Assembly: GCA_965208615.1 (NCBI GenBank)
Contig: CBDBPB010000008.1
Location: forward strand, 32,001 to 96,000
Reading direction: 5' to 3'
Origin: Spirochaetota bacterium
Lineage (GTDB): Bacteria; Spirochaetota; UBA6919; CBDBPB01
DNA length: 64,000 nt
The position numbers and the translations under genes were made by a program. This document shows positions 40,033-50,111 of the stretch, piece by piece. Under the pieces are notes generated by a model. That model saw only the letters and a program-made list of their open reading frames with translations, was not told the origin of the DNA and made no database searches. How positions within the stretch are numbered: the stretch's first letter is position 1; every line of letters starts with the position of its first letter.

Positions 40033-41217
40033 TTATTTACTTTGATAGTAGTCCATGAGTATCTTAGCAACCTCGGGACGACTAAACTCCTTAGGAGGTG
40101 CCTGTCCATCACCAAGCATCTTCCTAACCTTAGTACCAGACAATAAAACAAAGTCATCCTTAGTATGATCTGGGACATCACGCATCATAACTACCTTATT
40201 TAACTTTTTTGACCATGCAGTATGATCCGCCTCAAATATCTCAATGGATAATGCTCCTTTTGGTACCTCATCATTAAAAATAGTCTGTGCATCAAATGGA
40301 CCATAATAATCCCCAACACCAGCGTGGTCCCTTCCTATGATAAAGTGAGTACAACCACAATTCTGCCTAAAAAGTGCATGTAAAACAGCTTCTCTTGGTC
40401 CTGCATAAAGCATATCAAAGCCATATCCTGTTATCAGCACCGTATTAGGGGGGAAATATAGCTCTACCATCTTTCTGATACAAGAATCCCTAACATCACC
40501 AGGTATATCCCCTTCTTTTAGCTTTCCTAATAACATATGTATTAAAATACCATCAGCATTAACCGCCTTTTGAGCCATTCTACAAAGCTCCTCATGAGCC
40601 CTGTGCATAGGATTACGTGTTTGAAAGGCTACTACCTTATCCCACTCAAGATGCTTAATCTGATCCCTAATCTGATAGGCAGTTCTAAAAGTATCAGAAT
40701 AGTCCACCTCAAAATAAGAATAGCTTAATACCTTAATAGAACCAGATATACAATACCTGCCAACAGTGTTAAAAGCCTTAGCACCAGGGTGACCCATATC
40801 TGTAGTACCATATACTCTCTCGGTAATGAACTTCATATCATCATCATCAAACTCATCAATGGCTTTAACATCCTGAATAGCTATTACTGGATTGCCCTCT
40901 ACATTGGGATCCCTTAAAGCAATGCGATTCTTTCCCTTTATATCACTAATATCCTTAACTAAATTAACGACTGGAACAGGAAAAAATAATCCATCACTAG
41001 CCCTCATATTATTTGCAGTACCAATGGCATCCACCCTATTCATAAAGCCGGTAAGTGGAGTAAAATATCCAGCACCAAGCATAACAGCATTACCTGCAGC
41101 AGCAGAACTAATAACTATAGACGGTAATGTATTAGCCTCCTGAATTAACTCAGCCCTCTGCTTGTCATCCAAAACATAAAGTGGGTTTAAGTGATCCGCT
41201 CCGTGTGGTTTTATCAT
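40033..41217 (-). CDS. sat: Sulfate adenylyltransferase (homo-oligomeric Sat)
   Basis: AFQTRNPMHRAHE, MLYAGPREA, IIGRDHAG, LSGTKVR, FSRPEV. Confidence 0.95.
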   Translation of the reverse strand: MIKPHGADHLNPLYVLDDKQRAELIQEANTLPSIVISSAAAGNAVMLGAGYFTPLTGFMNRVDAIGTANNMRASDGLFFPVPVVNLVKDISDIKGKNRIALRDPNVEGNPVIAIQDVKAIDEFDDDDMKFITERVYGTTDMGHPGAKAFNTVGRYCISGSIKVLSYSYFEVDYSDTFRTAYQIRDQIKHLEWDKVVAFQTRNPMHRAHEELCRMAQKAVNADGILIHMLLGKLKEGDIPGDVRDSCIRKMVELYFPPNTVLITGYGFDMLYAGPREAVLHALFRQNCGCTHFIIGRDHAGVGDYYGPFDAQTIFNDEVPKGALSIEIFEADHTAWSKKLNKVVMMRDVPDHTKDDFVLLSGTKVRKMLGDGQAPPKEFSRPEVAKILMDYYQSK

Positions 41218-41346
41218 AAATCTCTCCTAAATAATATTTGTCAATAAAATTGAAAAATAACGTAATAAATATCCTATAGCATAAAACATCTTATATAGAT
41301 ACAAAGTTCCACAAGCCAACTTTTATATACGCTATATAGAAATTGT

Positions 41347-42627
41347 CTAACAATGTTTTGCTAAGTGAATAATCACCTCAGTACCCATGTTAACTTGACT
41401 GACAACATCAATAGAGCCTTTATGAGCCTCTATTATCTTTTTGCATAAACTCATACCAAGTCCATAGCCCCCTGTCTCAGAAGAACGAGACTTATCAACC
41501 CTATAAAATGGCTCAAAAATATAGGGTAGTTCAGCCTCAGGAATACCACAACCATAATCCTTAACTATAATTATAATAGAACTATCACTTTCTTTAATAA
41601 TAAGCTCTACAGCCTTGTCATTTGGCTTCGAATATCTTATAGCATTGTCTATTAGGTTATTCAATACAATTTTCATTCTGTTAGAGTCAATATCAGCGTA
41701 TATACTATCAACATCAGATGAAAACTTAATATTCGTATTAGGAAAATTAGTTATCACACTCTTAATAAAAAGGACCAAGTCTATGCTTTTTAGTTTAAGC
41801 TTGCCATAATCACTTTTAAGCCTCTCTACCTCAAGTAACTCTTTAACCATACCCTCTAAATAAATTATATCCTCGCTAATACTATCTTTGGTTTTAATAT
41901 CAGATATAAACTCCAAAGCCAGTTTAATTCTGGTAATAGGCGAACGGAGTTCATGACTAACATCCAAAAGAAGCTTCTCCCTTAATTTGAGCATCTGCCT
42001 AACCCTATTGGTCATGTCATTAAAAGAGCGGGCTAACTTACCCAACTGATCCTCAGTCTTAATAGGTATTTGATGAGTTAAATCCCCCTGACTAATACGA
42101 CTAACCCCATAACTAAGCCAGCCTATGGGCTTTAGTATTCTTTTAATAAGAAAATATATAGCCACTAATATAAGAGTAACTAAAATAATTAAAAATATAA
42201 TATTACGATGACTACGTCTTATGGTAATCAAAAAAATGAAATGTGCCTTTTCTTTATGTACTATCTTAAAAATATGGTCTTTATATTGCCCTAGTCCAGC
42301 CTCTCTATCATGGGGATGAAGTTCATTAATATCAGGTATATTATCAGAAGTGCTAAAGCTAGTATTTTCATCATAATAAGCAATATCTATATTAAACTTT
42401 CTTGATATAGCCTTAGCACGAGCATAACTAGGAGGGTTGCCAATATCTCTAACTAAATAATTGACATAGTTATTCAGGTTTTTTTTTAAAACATCACCAT
42501 AAGAATGAGATCTACTTTTAATAAAAAAGCCAAATACTATCAAATTGACAACAATACCAGCTATAATACCCAATAACAATAACTTAGTAAAAATAGATAA
42601 ATTTCTAATATTAATCATATCACTCAA
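41347..42627 (-). CDS. HAMP-domain sensor histidine kinase (CpxA-like)
   Basis: Two TMs, HAMP, VSHELRSP, NLIDNAIRY, DYGCG, GGYGLG. Confidence 0.92.
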   Translation of the reverse strand: MSDMINIRNLSIFTKLLLLGIIAGIVVNLIVFGFFIKSRSHSYGDVLKKNLNNYVNYLVRDIGNPPSYARAKAISRKFNIDIAYYDENTSFSTSDNIPDINELHPHDREAGLGQYKDHIFKIVHKEKAHFIFLITIRRSHRNIIFLIILVTLILVAIYFLIKRILKPIGWLSYGVSRISQGDLTHQIPIKTEDQLGKLARSFNDMTNRVRQMLKLREKLLLDVSHELRSPITRIKLALEFISDIKTKDSISEDIIYLEGMVKELLEVERLKSDYGKLKLKSIDLVLFIKSVITNFPNTNIKFSSDVDSIYADIDSNRMKIVLNNLIDNAIRYSKPNDKAVELIIKESDSSIIIIVKDYGCGIPEAELPYIFEPFYRVDKSRSSETGGYGLGMSLCKKIIEAHKGSIDVVSQVNMGTEVIIHLAKHC

Positions 42628-43306
42628 TCTTTTTAGCTATAAACATATATCCAGCTCCCCACATAGTCTTAATAAAACTAGGACTCTTAGGATTATCACC
42701 TAATTTATTCCTAAGCCTGCTTATCAAAACATCAACAGACCTATTAAACATATCCCAATCCATACCCCTTAAGTGATCTAATATCTGATCCCTTGTCAAA
42801 ACAGTATTTGGATTCTTTACAAATAAAGATAAGGTTTCAAACTCCGTATTGGTTAATCCAATATCATTACCATCAACATAAGCGCTTAGCCTATCAATAC
42901 TAATAACTAAATTGTAAAACCTTAAGACCTTTTCACTAAACTCTTTACTCCTACGAAATATAGATTGAATACGTGCTACTAACTCTCTAGCCTCAAAGGG
43001 TTTTGGCAAGTAGTCATCAGCCCCTATCTCTAATCCAACAATCCTATCAGTTACCTCACCTCTTGCGGTCAACATGATAATAGGTATATCATAATCCTTT
43101 CTTATTCTTTTGCAGACTTCGAATCCATCCATATCTGGTAACATAATATCCAAAATAATTAGCTGGGGTAAGTCACGCTTTATTGACGTGAATCCATCAT
43201 CAGGACTAGTCGCAGTATATACCTTATAGCCAAATCTACTAAGATACTGTTTAAGTAAGTGATTTAGTTTTCTGTCATCATCAATAACTAATATACGCTT
43301 TTCCAT
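42620..43306 (-). CDS. OmpR-family response regulator (CpxR-like)
   Basis: VIDDD, LDIMLP, GADDYLPKPF, RSVDVLISRLR, WGAGY. Confidence 0.93.
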   Translation of the reverse strand: MEKRILVIDDDRKLNHLLKQYLSRFGYKVYTATSPDDGFTSIKRDLPQLIILDIMLPDMDGFEVCKRIRKDYDIPIIMLTARGEVTDRIVGLEIGADDYLPKPFEARELVARIQSIFRRSKEFSEKVLRFYNLVISIDRLSAYVDGNDIGLTNTEFETLSLFVKNPNTVLTRDQILDHLRGMDWDMFNRSVDVLISRLRNKLGDNPKSPSFIKTMWGAGYMFIAKKIE

Positions 43307-43320
43307 AAACTAACCCTAAG

Positions 43321-43344
43321 AAAAAGGAGGTTAAAAACCTCCTT
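43321..43344 (-). terminator. Intrinsic terminator between cpxP-like gene and response regulator
   Basis: AAGGAGGUU-UUU-AACCUCCUU followed by a U tract on the minus strand. Confidence 0.65.
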
Positions 43345-43352
43345 CTATAAAC

Positions 43353-43814
43353 CTATTTGTAATAACGTCTATTACGATCTTTAATTCTCTTAAGCTTTTC
43401 AACTAACTTTATCCTCTGATCCGGCGTTAGTATAGCATGGAACTCAGCCAGCTTAGTTACTACAAAGGATTTTGACTCCTTAATCTTATTAAGTTTATCA
43501 TCAAGCAGTTTATTTAACTTATCCTGATCAACCTTATCACTCTCTATTTGAGCGATTAATTCACTTATTACTTCTTTTCTATCCCCTTTGTATTTTTCTC
43601 TGTGGATAAGTATATCATCCTTAATTTTATTAACCTTAATTTTTTGATCTTCACTAAGATCAAGACGACTGCCTAATTTATCAACTATCCAAGTAGCCCG
43701 TTCTTCAGGAGAACTATACTTATACTTAAAATAAAAATAACTAGTTCCCCCAATAACCAAAACTAGTATAAGCCCAAGAGCTATCCAAATCTTTCCTTTT
43801 TTAGTCATAGCCAT
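43353..43814 (-). CDS. Spy/CpxP family periplasmic chaperone/adaptor
   Basis: N-terminal TM/signal, LDLSEDQ and ILTPDQR (LTxxQ) motifs. Confidence 0.85.
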   Translation of the reverse strand: MAMTKKGKIWIALGLILVLVIGGTSYFYFKYKYSSPEERATWIVDKLGSRLDLSEDQKIKVNKIKDDILIHREKYKGDRKEVISELIAQIESDKVDQDKLNKLLDDKLNKIKESKSFVVTKLAEFHAILTPDQRIKLVEKLKRIKDRNRRYYK

Positions 43815-43875
43815 ACTCCTTTAATTAGTTTTTTATCTTACATACCTAATATGAACCAAAAAAGTTAATAAGCCG

Positions 43876-43908
43876 TGTCAAAAGTGTAACAAAATGTAAC
43901 AAATAACA
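43876..43908. promoter_or_regulatory. Direct repeats TGTAACAAA at 10-bp period upstream of the cpxP-like gene (candidate OmpR-family operator)
   Basis: TGTCAAAAG-TGTAACAAAA-TGTAACAAA-TAACA. Confidence 0.55.
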
Positions 43909-44096
43909 AAAATATTATAATCTTCATCCGTTAAAAACGTTAGAACCCTTAATAACACTATATAAATAAAAATAACTTAACCATATATAAAAATTAATAT
44001 ATACAAAATTATACTACACTTTTTATACGGTTTAACTAAATTCTTTATAATACTAAAATAAAATCCCAAAAATATGTTAGAGGTGTAAAATAATAT

Positions 44097-45977
44097 ATGT
44101 GCGGTATTGCTGGTTTCACTAACTATAACTCCAACCTAAATAACAAAACTATAATAAATAATATGACAAATACCCTAAACAAAAGAGGACCAGATGATAA
44201 AGGCTTCTACTTCGATAACCACATAACCCTTGGACATAGACGATTAAGCATCATAGACCTATCAACAGGGCATCAACCAATAACTAATGAAGATAATAGT
44301 ATAATCATAATACTAAACGGTGAAATATATAACTTCCCACAACTAAAAAATGAGCTACTTAATAAAGGACACAAGTTTAAAACTAAATCTGATACAGAAG
44401 TTATTGTCCACCTCTATGAGGAACATAAAGAAAACCTACTACAATACCTAAATGGAATGTTCTCATTTGCACTATGGGATAAAAATAATAAAGTACTATT
44501 ATTAGCACGGGATAGAGCCGGTAAAAAACCTCTATATTATACCCAAATAAATGGAGAGCTAATATTTGCATCCGAGTTAAAAGCTATATTAGAATATCCA
44601 CTTTTTAATAGAGAGATTGATAGGCTATCCCTTTATAAGTACCTTGCCCATGAGTATGTACCCACTCCAAATAGTATATTTAAGAATGTGAAAAAGCTCC
44701 CAGCCGCCTCATACATGATATTCAAAAACGGTAAAGAACAAATCAAGCCATATTGGGACTTTAACCTATCAAAATCATACAACAATAAACTCTCAGAACA
44801 AGACATCATAATAGAACTCGATAAGCTTATGTTAGAGTCAGTAAGACGAAGACTAATTAGCGACGTACCCCTTGGAGTGTTCCTAAGCGGTGGTATAGAC
44901 TCTAGTACTATAGTTGCCTATATGGCGGATATAATGCCTTCTAAGTCTATTAAGACCTTCTCTATAGGCTTTGAGGATAAGTCCTTTGATGAGTCCAGCT
45001 TTGCAAGAGACGTAGCCAACTACTTTAACACATCCCACCATGAGAAAATATTACACCCCAAAACATTAGTGGATATACTCCCAGAAGTAACGTCCTTCTT
45101 GGATGAGCCTTTTGCAGACGCATCTATTATCCCAACTTATTTATTGTCCAAGTTCACAAGAGAAAACGTTACAGTCGCACTAGGTGGTGATGGCGGTGAT
45201 GAGCTGTTTATGGGATACCCTACCTTTCAAGCTAATAAACTCGCCAGCATATATAACCTTGTACCAAACTTTATACACCAAAACATATACAAACTTGCAC
45301 AAAAAATACCTGTATCCATGGATAACATTAGTATAGACTTTAAAATTAAACAATTTTTATATGGCGTAAAGGCTCATAAAGACTACCGTGAACAACTATG
45401 GCTTGGTGCATTTAATAATACGGCTATCAATGAGTTAACAAATAATAACATCAACCTAACAGAAAATGAACTCTTTAGCGAGGTAATCCACTTTAATCAA
45501 AACTCTAATACCAATACCAACCTGGATAGGCTTTCCTACTTTTACGTTAAAACATACCTACACGACGATATACTCGTAAAAGTGGATAGGGCAAGTATGG
45601 CAACCTCACTGGAAACAAGAGCCCCATTCCTAGACGTTAATGTAATGGATTATATTGGCACTATCCCACATAAGTATAAGCTCAATAACCTTAAAATGAA
45701 ATATATACTTAAAAAGATGCTGTATAACCGTTTGCCAAAGCATATACTGGATAGGCCTAAAAAAGGTTTTGGTATACCAGTTGCAAAGTGGTTTAGGGAT
45801 GACCTAAAATCCCTTGTATTAGATGTATTCTCTGAGGACAAAATTAAAAGAGAAGGACTGTTTAAATATCCATATATTAAAAAGCTCTTGGATGACCACT
45901 TTAACGGTACAAAGGATAATCGCAAAAAACTATGGACTCTATTTATGTTTGAAATGTGGCTCGATAAGTGGAGTTAA
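44097..45977 (+). CDS. asnB: Glutamine-hydrolysing asparagine synthetase family amidotransferase
   Basis: MCGIAG, RGPD, HRRLSIID, NGEIYN, LSGGIDSS, GDGGDELF, KVDRASM, KKGF. Confidence 0.92.
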   Translation: MCGIAGFTNYNSNLNNKTIINNMTNTLNKRGPDDKGFYFDNHITLGHRRLSIIDLSTGHQPITNEDNSIIIILNGEIYNFPQLKNELLNKGHKFKTKSDTEVIVHLYEEHKENLLQYLNGMFSFALWDKNNKVLLLARDRAGKKPLYYTQINGELIFASELKAILEYPLFNREIDRLSLYKYLAHEYVPTPNSIFKNVKKLPAASYMIFKNGKEQIKPYWDFNLSKSYNNKLSEQDIIIELDKLMLESVRRRLISDVPLGVFLSGGIDSSTIVAYMADIMPSKSIKTFSIGFEDKSFDESSFARDVANYFNTSHHEKILHPKTLVDILPEVTSFLDEPFADASIIPTYLLSKFTRENVTVALGGDGGDELFMGYPTFQANKLASIYNLVPNFIHQNIYKLAQKIPVSMDNISIDFKIKQFLYGVKAHKDYREQLWLGAFNNTAINELTNNNINLTENELFSEVIHFNQNSNTNTNLDRLSYFYVKTYLHDDILVKVDRASMATSLETRAPFLDVNVMDYIGTIPHKYKLNNLKMKYILKKMLYNRLPKHILDRPKKGFGIPVAKWFRDDLKSLVLDVFSEDKIKREGLFKYPYIKKLLDDHFNGTKDNRKKLWTLFMFEMWLDKWS

Positions 45978-46594
45978 ATAACATTATCTAATCTAACGTA
46001 GTTATCTACTATATCAGCTATTGCCTTATGGACATCATCAACAGACTTTGATGAGTCCACCCTAAAAATAAACTTATGATCAAAACTATCAAACAAAGCT
46101 TTCACCTTAGTAAGATAGTCAGCAGTCTCAAAACTATCAGTCTTATCTTGTCTCTTTTCTGTGATACGCTTTAGAGCTTTATCAACATCCAGCTCCAATA
46201 GTATAACTATATCTGGAACAGGTGCAAAGCTTTCATTATCCTTTAGAATGCTTTGTGGATCAATACCCCGTACTCCCTGATAGGCCGCTGTAGAGAAGTA
46301 ATATCTATCCAGAATAACTACCTCTTGATTATCAAAAGCTGGTACTACATTATTCTTAAGATTCTCTTTTCTGTCAAGGATAAAAAGCTTATACTCCTCT
46401 TTGGGTTCTAACCTCTTATTGACTTTAGCTAACTGCCTTATTCTATTACCATACTCACTATCAGACGGCTCTTTTAAAAGCCTTACCTTGCAACCCTTAT
46501 CTCGTAAATACTTAACCAGCATATTACACTGAGTTGTCTTGCCTACACCGTCTATACCCTCTATAGCAATTAATTTTACTTGTCCATTATCCAT
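45974..46594 (-). CDS. tmk: Thymidylate kinase
   Basis: IEGIDGVGKTTQ, KEP, LDRYYFSTAAYQG, PD. Confidence 0.93.
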   Translation of the reverse strand: MDNGQVKLIAIEGIDGVGKTTQCNMLVKYLRDKGCKVRLLKEPSDSEYGNRIRQLAKVNKRLEPKEEYKLFILDRKENLKNNVVPAFDNQEVVILDRYYFSTAAYQGVRGIDPQSILKDNESFAPVPDIVILLELDVDKALKRITEKRQDKTDSFETADYLTKVKALFDSFDHKFIFRVDSSKSVDDVHKAIADIVDNYVRLDNVI

Positions 46595-46664
46595 ATTAGA
46601 TCATCCTAATATATTTATTAGTGATAGTCATCAATATCCATATTGTATTATATATTTTATAGGG

Positions 46665-47666
46665 CTAACTAGGAGTACCAATAAACTTAATATCAGCAGT
46701 CATACTACTAATGGTACTACACTTTAGCTTAATACTATGAGCCTTTGCATTCTCTATAACCTGCTCTGCTCTGCGAGCACCACATAAAATATGAGTTATA
46801 CCAGTTTGAGCTATAGTCCACGCTAACACTAACTGACCCATACTACAATTATACGACTCAGCAATAGAAGTCCATTTATCAAGGAGGTTTAACACTTTCT
46901 GTCTATTCTCAAGTTTATACCAAGGATTCCACATACTATTACCCCTCCACTCAGCCTTATCAAAAACCTTATCCATATTGATTTTGCCCGTTAATAATCC
47001 CTGCTCCAAAGGCTGATATGCCAATATACTAATACTCTTATCCACGCAATACGGTATAATATCCTTTTCTATATAACGCCACAACATACTATATCTAAGT
47101 TGTACGCTATCAATATCCCCTATTTCAACGTTATCCCTAAGCTGACTCACGGATACATTAGATATACCAATAGCCCTAATCTTACCCTGATCCTTTAATT
47201 TAGTCAATATATCAATAGTATCAGCTATTGGAGTTTTATCAGGCTTAGCCGATGGCCAATGAGTTTGATAGAGGTCTATATAATCGGTGTTAAGACGTCT
47301 TAGGCTGTTCTCAACCTCAATAGCTATTGTATCCGGCCTTAAAGATCTGCGTATCTCCTTACCATCAAGAGTACCAAATGCTGATCCCTTTTGATCATCC
47401 CACCATAATCCACATTTAGTGGCAATAATAACCTTATCCCTAATACCCTTAATAGCACTGCCAACAATAGACTCACTCCTACCAAAACCGTATACAGGTG
47501 CAGTATCAATTAAGTTTACCCCAAGGTCAATAGATGAGTGAATAGTATTAATAGATTCCTTATCCACAGGCTCTTTGCCCCATCCTTGTCCTCCACCCAT
47601 TGACCATGTACCAAGACCTATTACAGAGGCATTTATATCAGATTGTCCTACTAGCTTATATTCCAT
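46665..47666 (-). CDS. Aldo/keto reductase
   Basis: GLGTW, DTAPVYG, ATKCG, SLRRLNTDYIDLYQTHWP, GKIRAIGISN. Confidence 0.92.
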   Translation of the reverse strand: MEYKLVGQSDINASVIGLGTWSMGGGQGWGKEPVDKESINTIHSSIDLGVNLIDTAPVYGFGRSESIVGSAIKGIRDKVIIATKCGLWWDDQKGSAFGTLDGKEIRRSLRPDTIAIEVENSLRRLNTDYIDLYQTHWPSAKPDKTPIADTIDILTKLKDQGKIRAIGISNVSVSQLRDNVEIGDIDSVQLRYSMLWRYIEKDIIPYCVDKSISILAYQPLEQGLLTGKINMDKVFDKAEWRGNSMWNPWYKLENRQKVLNLLDKWTSIAESYNCSMGQLVLAWTIAQTGITHILCGARRAEQVIENAKAHSIKLKCSTISSMTADIKFIGTPS

Positions 47667-47754
47667 GTTTTACCTGTTAGTTTAGCATACATTAATGGAT
47701 AACTTAAAAATAGACAAAATAGTATAGAAAATCAAACAAGGCTAAACAATATTA

Positions 47755-50094
47755 TTAACTTTCGATAATTATATCCTTTTCTCTTTTATAAAAGTTGGCT
47801 TGTTTTATATTGTTTACTTTTCGGTAGGCCCTAATAATGTTATTATAACATCTTGCCACTAACCTGTCTGTCATATTAAGCCTTTTATAGTTTATAATGG
47901 CCATCTTTAAATGTTTTATAGCACTATTAAATCTTTTTATATTATAATATATAACCCCAATGTTGTTATAGGTATTAGCCATACCTTCTATATCCTTTAT
48001 CCTTATTTTTATTTTGAGGGACTTCTTATAATATTCTAATGCTTTATTATAGTCCTTTTTAACGTTATAAACGGCTCCAATGTTATTAAGGCATGTAGCC
48101 ATGTTAAATTTATCACCATACTTTTTATATATTGTAATGGCCTTATTAAAATGGTATATTGCTTTATCATAATTAGATTTACTATATTGGCTATACCCAA
48201 TCTTAAGGTGATTTTGAGCTTCTTTTGAGTCTATATACTGCTTTAATTTTTTCTTGGCAATATTTAACTTTATAGTATTTTTATTTTGAACGTAAATATT
48301 TATTGCTTTTTTCTGATAGTAAATAGATTGACTAATATTTTGTTTATTATAGCTTTTTTTTGCAAGATTATTATAGTTATCCCCCAGAATAGACAAGTTA
48401 CTACCAGAAGCAGGAATATAATTTAATCCCTTTCTATAAAAGTTTATTTTTTCTTCTGAATTACTACTTTCTTTTCCTAATGCAAAGTAGCACTCAGCAA
48501 GCCTATTATCAATATTTTTGTATTTAACTCCTCCTCGTCTTACTACTCCAAGGAACATACTCACCGCAGACTCATATTTACCTTGATTTTGTAGTCTTAT
48601 AGCTTTAGCATACATAGCTTTTAGTAGTTGGTCCTCTTTGGCTAATAGCAGTTGTCTTTGGAGTAGGGTATTAAATAAAATATAGTTATTTCTTTCTTCT
48701 TTAAACTTTGACCCTATAATGGGTAGCATTTTTGGCCTGTGGATATATATACTGCCTTCCTGGAAAGCGGATATCTTACTATTTATGTAGGAGTTTATAG
48801 TTTCAAACCTGACCTCTGCTTGGCTTTCACTAAAAGAGAAGTCCGCAAAGAAGGATACAAACAGCATAGTAAACAATCCATTACCTTTATTATTGGCGTT
48901 TATCTGATCCAATAGTCTGTAGGACCTCCTAAAATATTTATTATATTTATTTGTATATACACCTTCTTTTTTGTCCTTTGATACAAGATTACTATAAAAC
49001 CTTAATACATTTTCTTTTAAGCCATCCTCTTCGGTTATTCGTATAAGATTTGTAGTAGTTTGATTTATATAAGAACTATCCATAATTAAAACAGTATCGT
49101 TAGCAAAGGAGTTTACAAGACCATAAAAGGCTTTGGGCTTAATGGACTTCATATCAGTAAATATTGGCATTCCATTATTATTAGAGTGTCCTGAATATAT
49201 TATCATAATAAGTTCGTCTATATTAATGGTTTTGATAAACTTATTAAACTCTGACTTAAAGCTATTTAGGGTTATATTCTTTGTTGTATAAATTCTCTCT
49301 AGCGGTGTATCCAAAATTATATTAAACAGATTTTTGTATACTATTAGATCATTCTCAGTATACCTTAATTTATACTTATCATCATCGTAATCCTGATTGA
49401 CTATAATAAAGGCACGTATCTTAGGTTTTCTGTAGTTTTTGTATGATGATAGGTAATCTCTTTTATTGATACGTAATTCTGGTGATCTATAAATATAAGG
49501 GGCAAGTTTTTTATCTTCCTTGTTGTTTAGGTAGTCAAAGTAGGGCGAAGATATTGTCTTTTGTCTTTGTGTTCTACTTTTTGCTATAAAGCCATAAGGA
49601 CTTTTAGACTTAATTTCTTTTTCTTTTACTGGAGTATATAAAATATATCTATTTTTTGTAAGACTATTAGTTTTTTTATATGTAGGACTATCTAATAAAT
49701 ATGGACTTTGTTTTTTTTTTCTTTTGAAACTAATTAATCCATATCTATTTTTTGTTAGTTTTTTTATTTTATCTTCTTTATCAGAGGTTCGCAAAAGGTA
49801 GGATGAAGACGTTATTTTATTTAGTTTACTTTCTTTTTTAGAGTTAATTAATCCGTATCTATTTTTAGTTATGAATTTAAGTTTTTCTTCTTTAGGATGG
49901 CTTACTAATAAATATGCGCCTTTTGCTTTGGCCGATTTTAAAGGTTTATCCTTAAGTCCATAGGGATGGGATGATTTACTCTTATCTATATGAAAAGGCT
50001 TAGTCGTCTTACTAGAACTACATAACGTTAAAACCATCAATAGGATTATGTTATATATTATAAAAAAGCTTTTACAATTAAGCCCTATATTCAT
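47755..50094 (-). CDS. Putative lipoprotein with basic repeat N-region, catalytically dead caspase-like (C14) domain and TPRs
   Basis: LTLC lipobox-like; IIYSGHS and MDSSY (Cys replaced by Ser); C-terminal TPRs (NNIGAVY..AL.YY). Confidence 0.75.
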   Translation of the reverse strand: MNIGLNCKSFFIIYNIILLMVLTLCSSSKTTKPFHIDKSKSSHPYGLKDKPLKSAKAKGAYLLVSHPKEEKLKFITKNRYGLINSKKESKLNKITSSSYLLRTSDKEDKIKKLTKNRYGLISFKRKKKQSPYLLDSPTYKKTNSLTKNRYILYTPVKEKEIKSKSPYGFIAKSRTQRQKTISSPYFDYLNNKEDKKLAPYIYRSPELRINKRDYLSSYKNYRKPKIRAFIIVNQDYDDDKYKLRYTENDLIVYKNLFNIILDTPLERIYTTKNITLNSFKSEFNKFIKTINIDELIMIIYSGHSNNNGMPIFTDMKSIKPKAFYGLVNSFANDTVLIMDSSYINQTTTNLIRITEEDGLKENVLRFYSNLVSKDKKEGVYTNKYNKYFRRSYRLLDQINANNKGNGLFTMLFVSFFADFSFSESQAEVRFETINSYINSKISAFQEGSIYIHRPKMLPIIGSKFKEERNNYILFNTLLQRQLLLAKEDQLLKAMYAKAIRLQNQGKYESAVSMFLGVVRRGGVKYKNIDNRLAECYFALGKESSNSEEKINFYRKGLNYIPASGSNLSILGDNYNNLAKKSYNKQNISQSIYYQKKAINIYVQNKNTIKLNIAKKKLKQYIDSKEAQNHLKIGYSQYSKSNYDKAIYHFNKAITIYKKYGDKFNMATCLNNIGAVYNVKKDYNKALEYYKKSLKIKIRIKDIEGMANTYNNIGVIYYNIKRFNSAIKHLKMAIINYKRLNMTDRLVARCYNNIIRAYRKVNNIKQANFYKREKDIIIES

Positions 50095-50111
50095 AACCTT
50101 AACTATGTATT

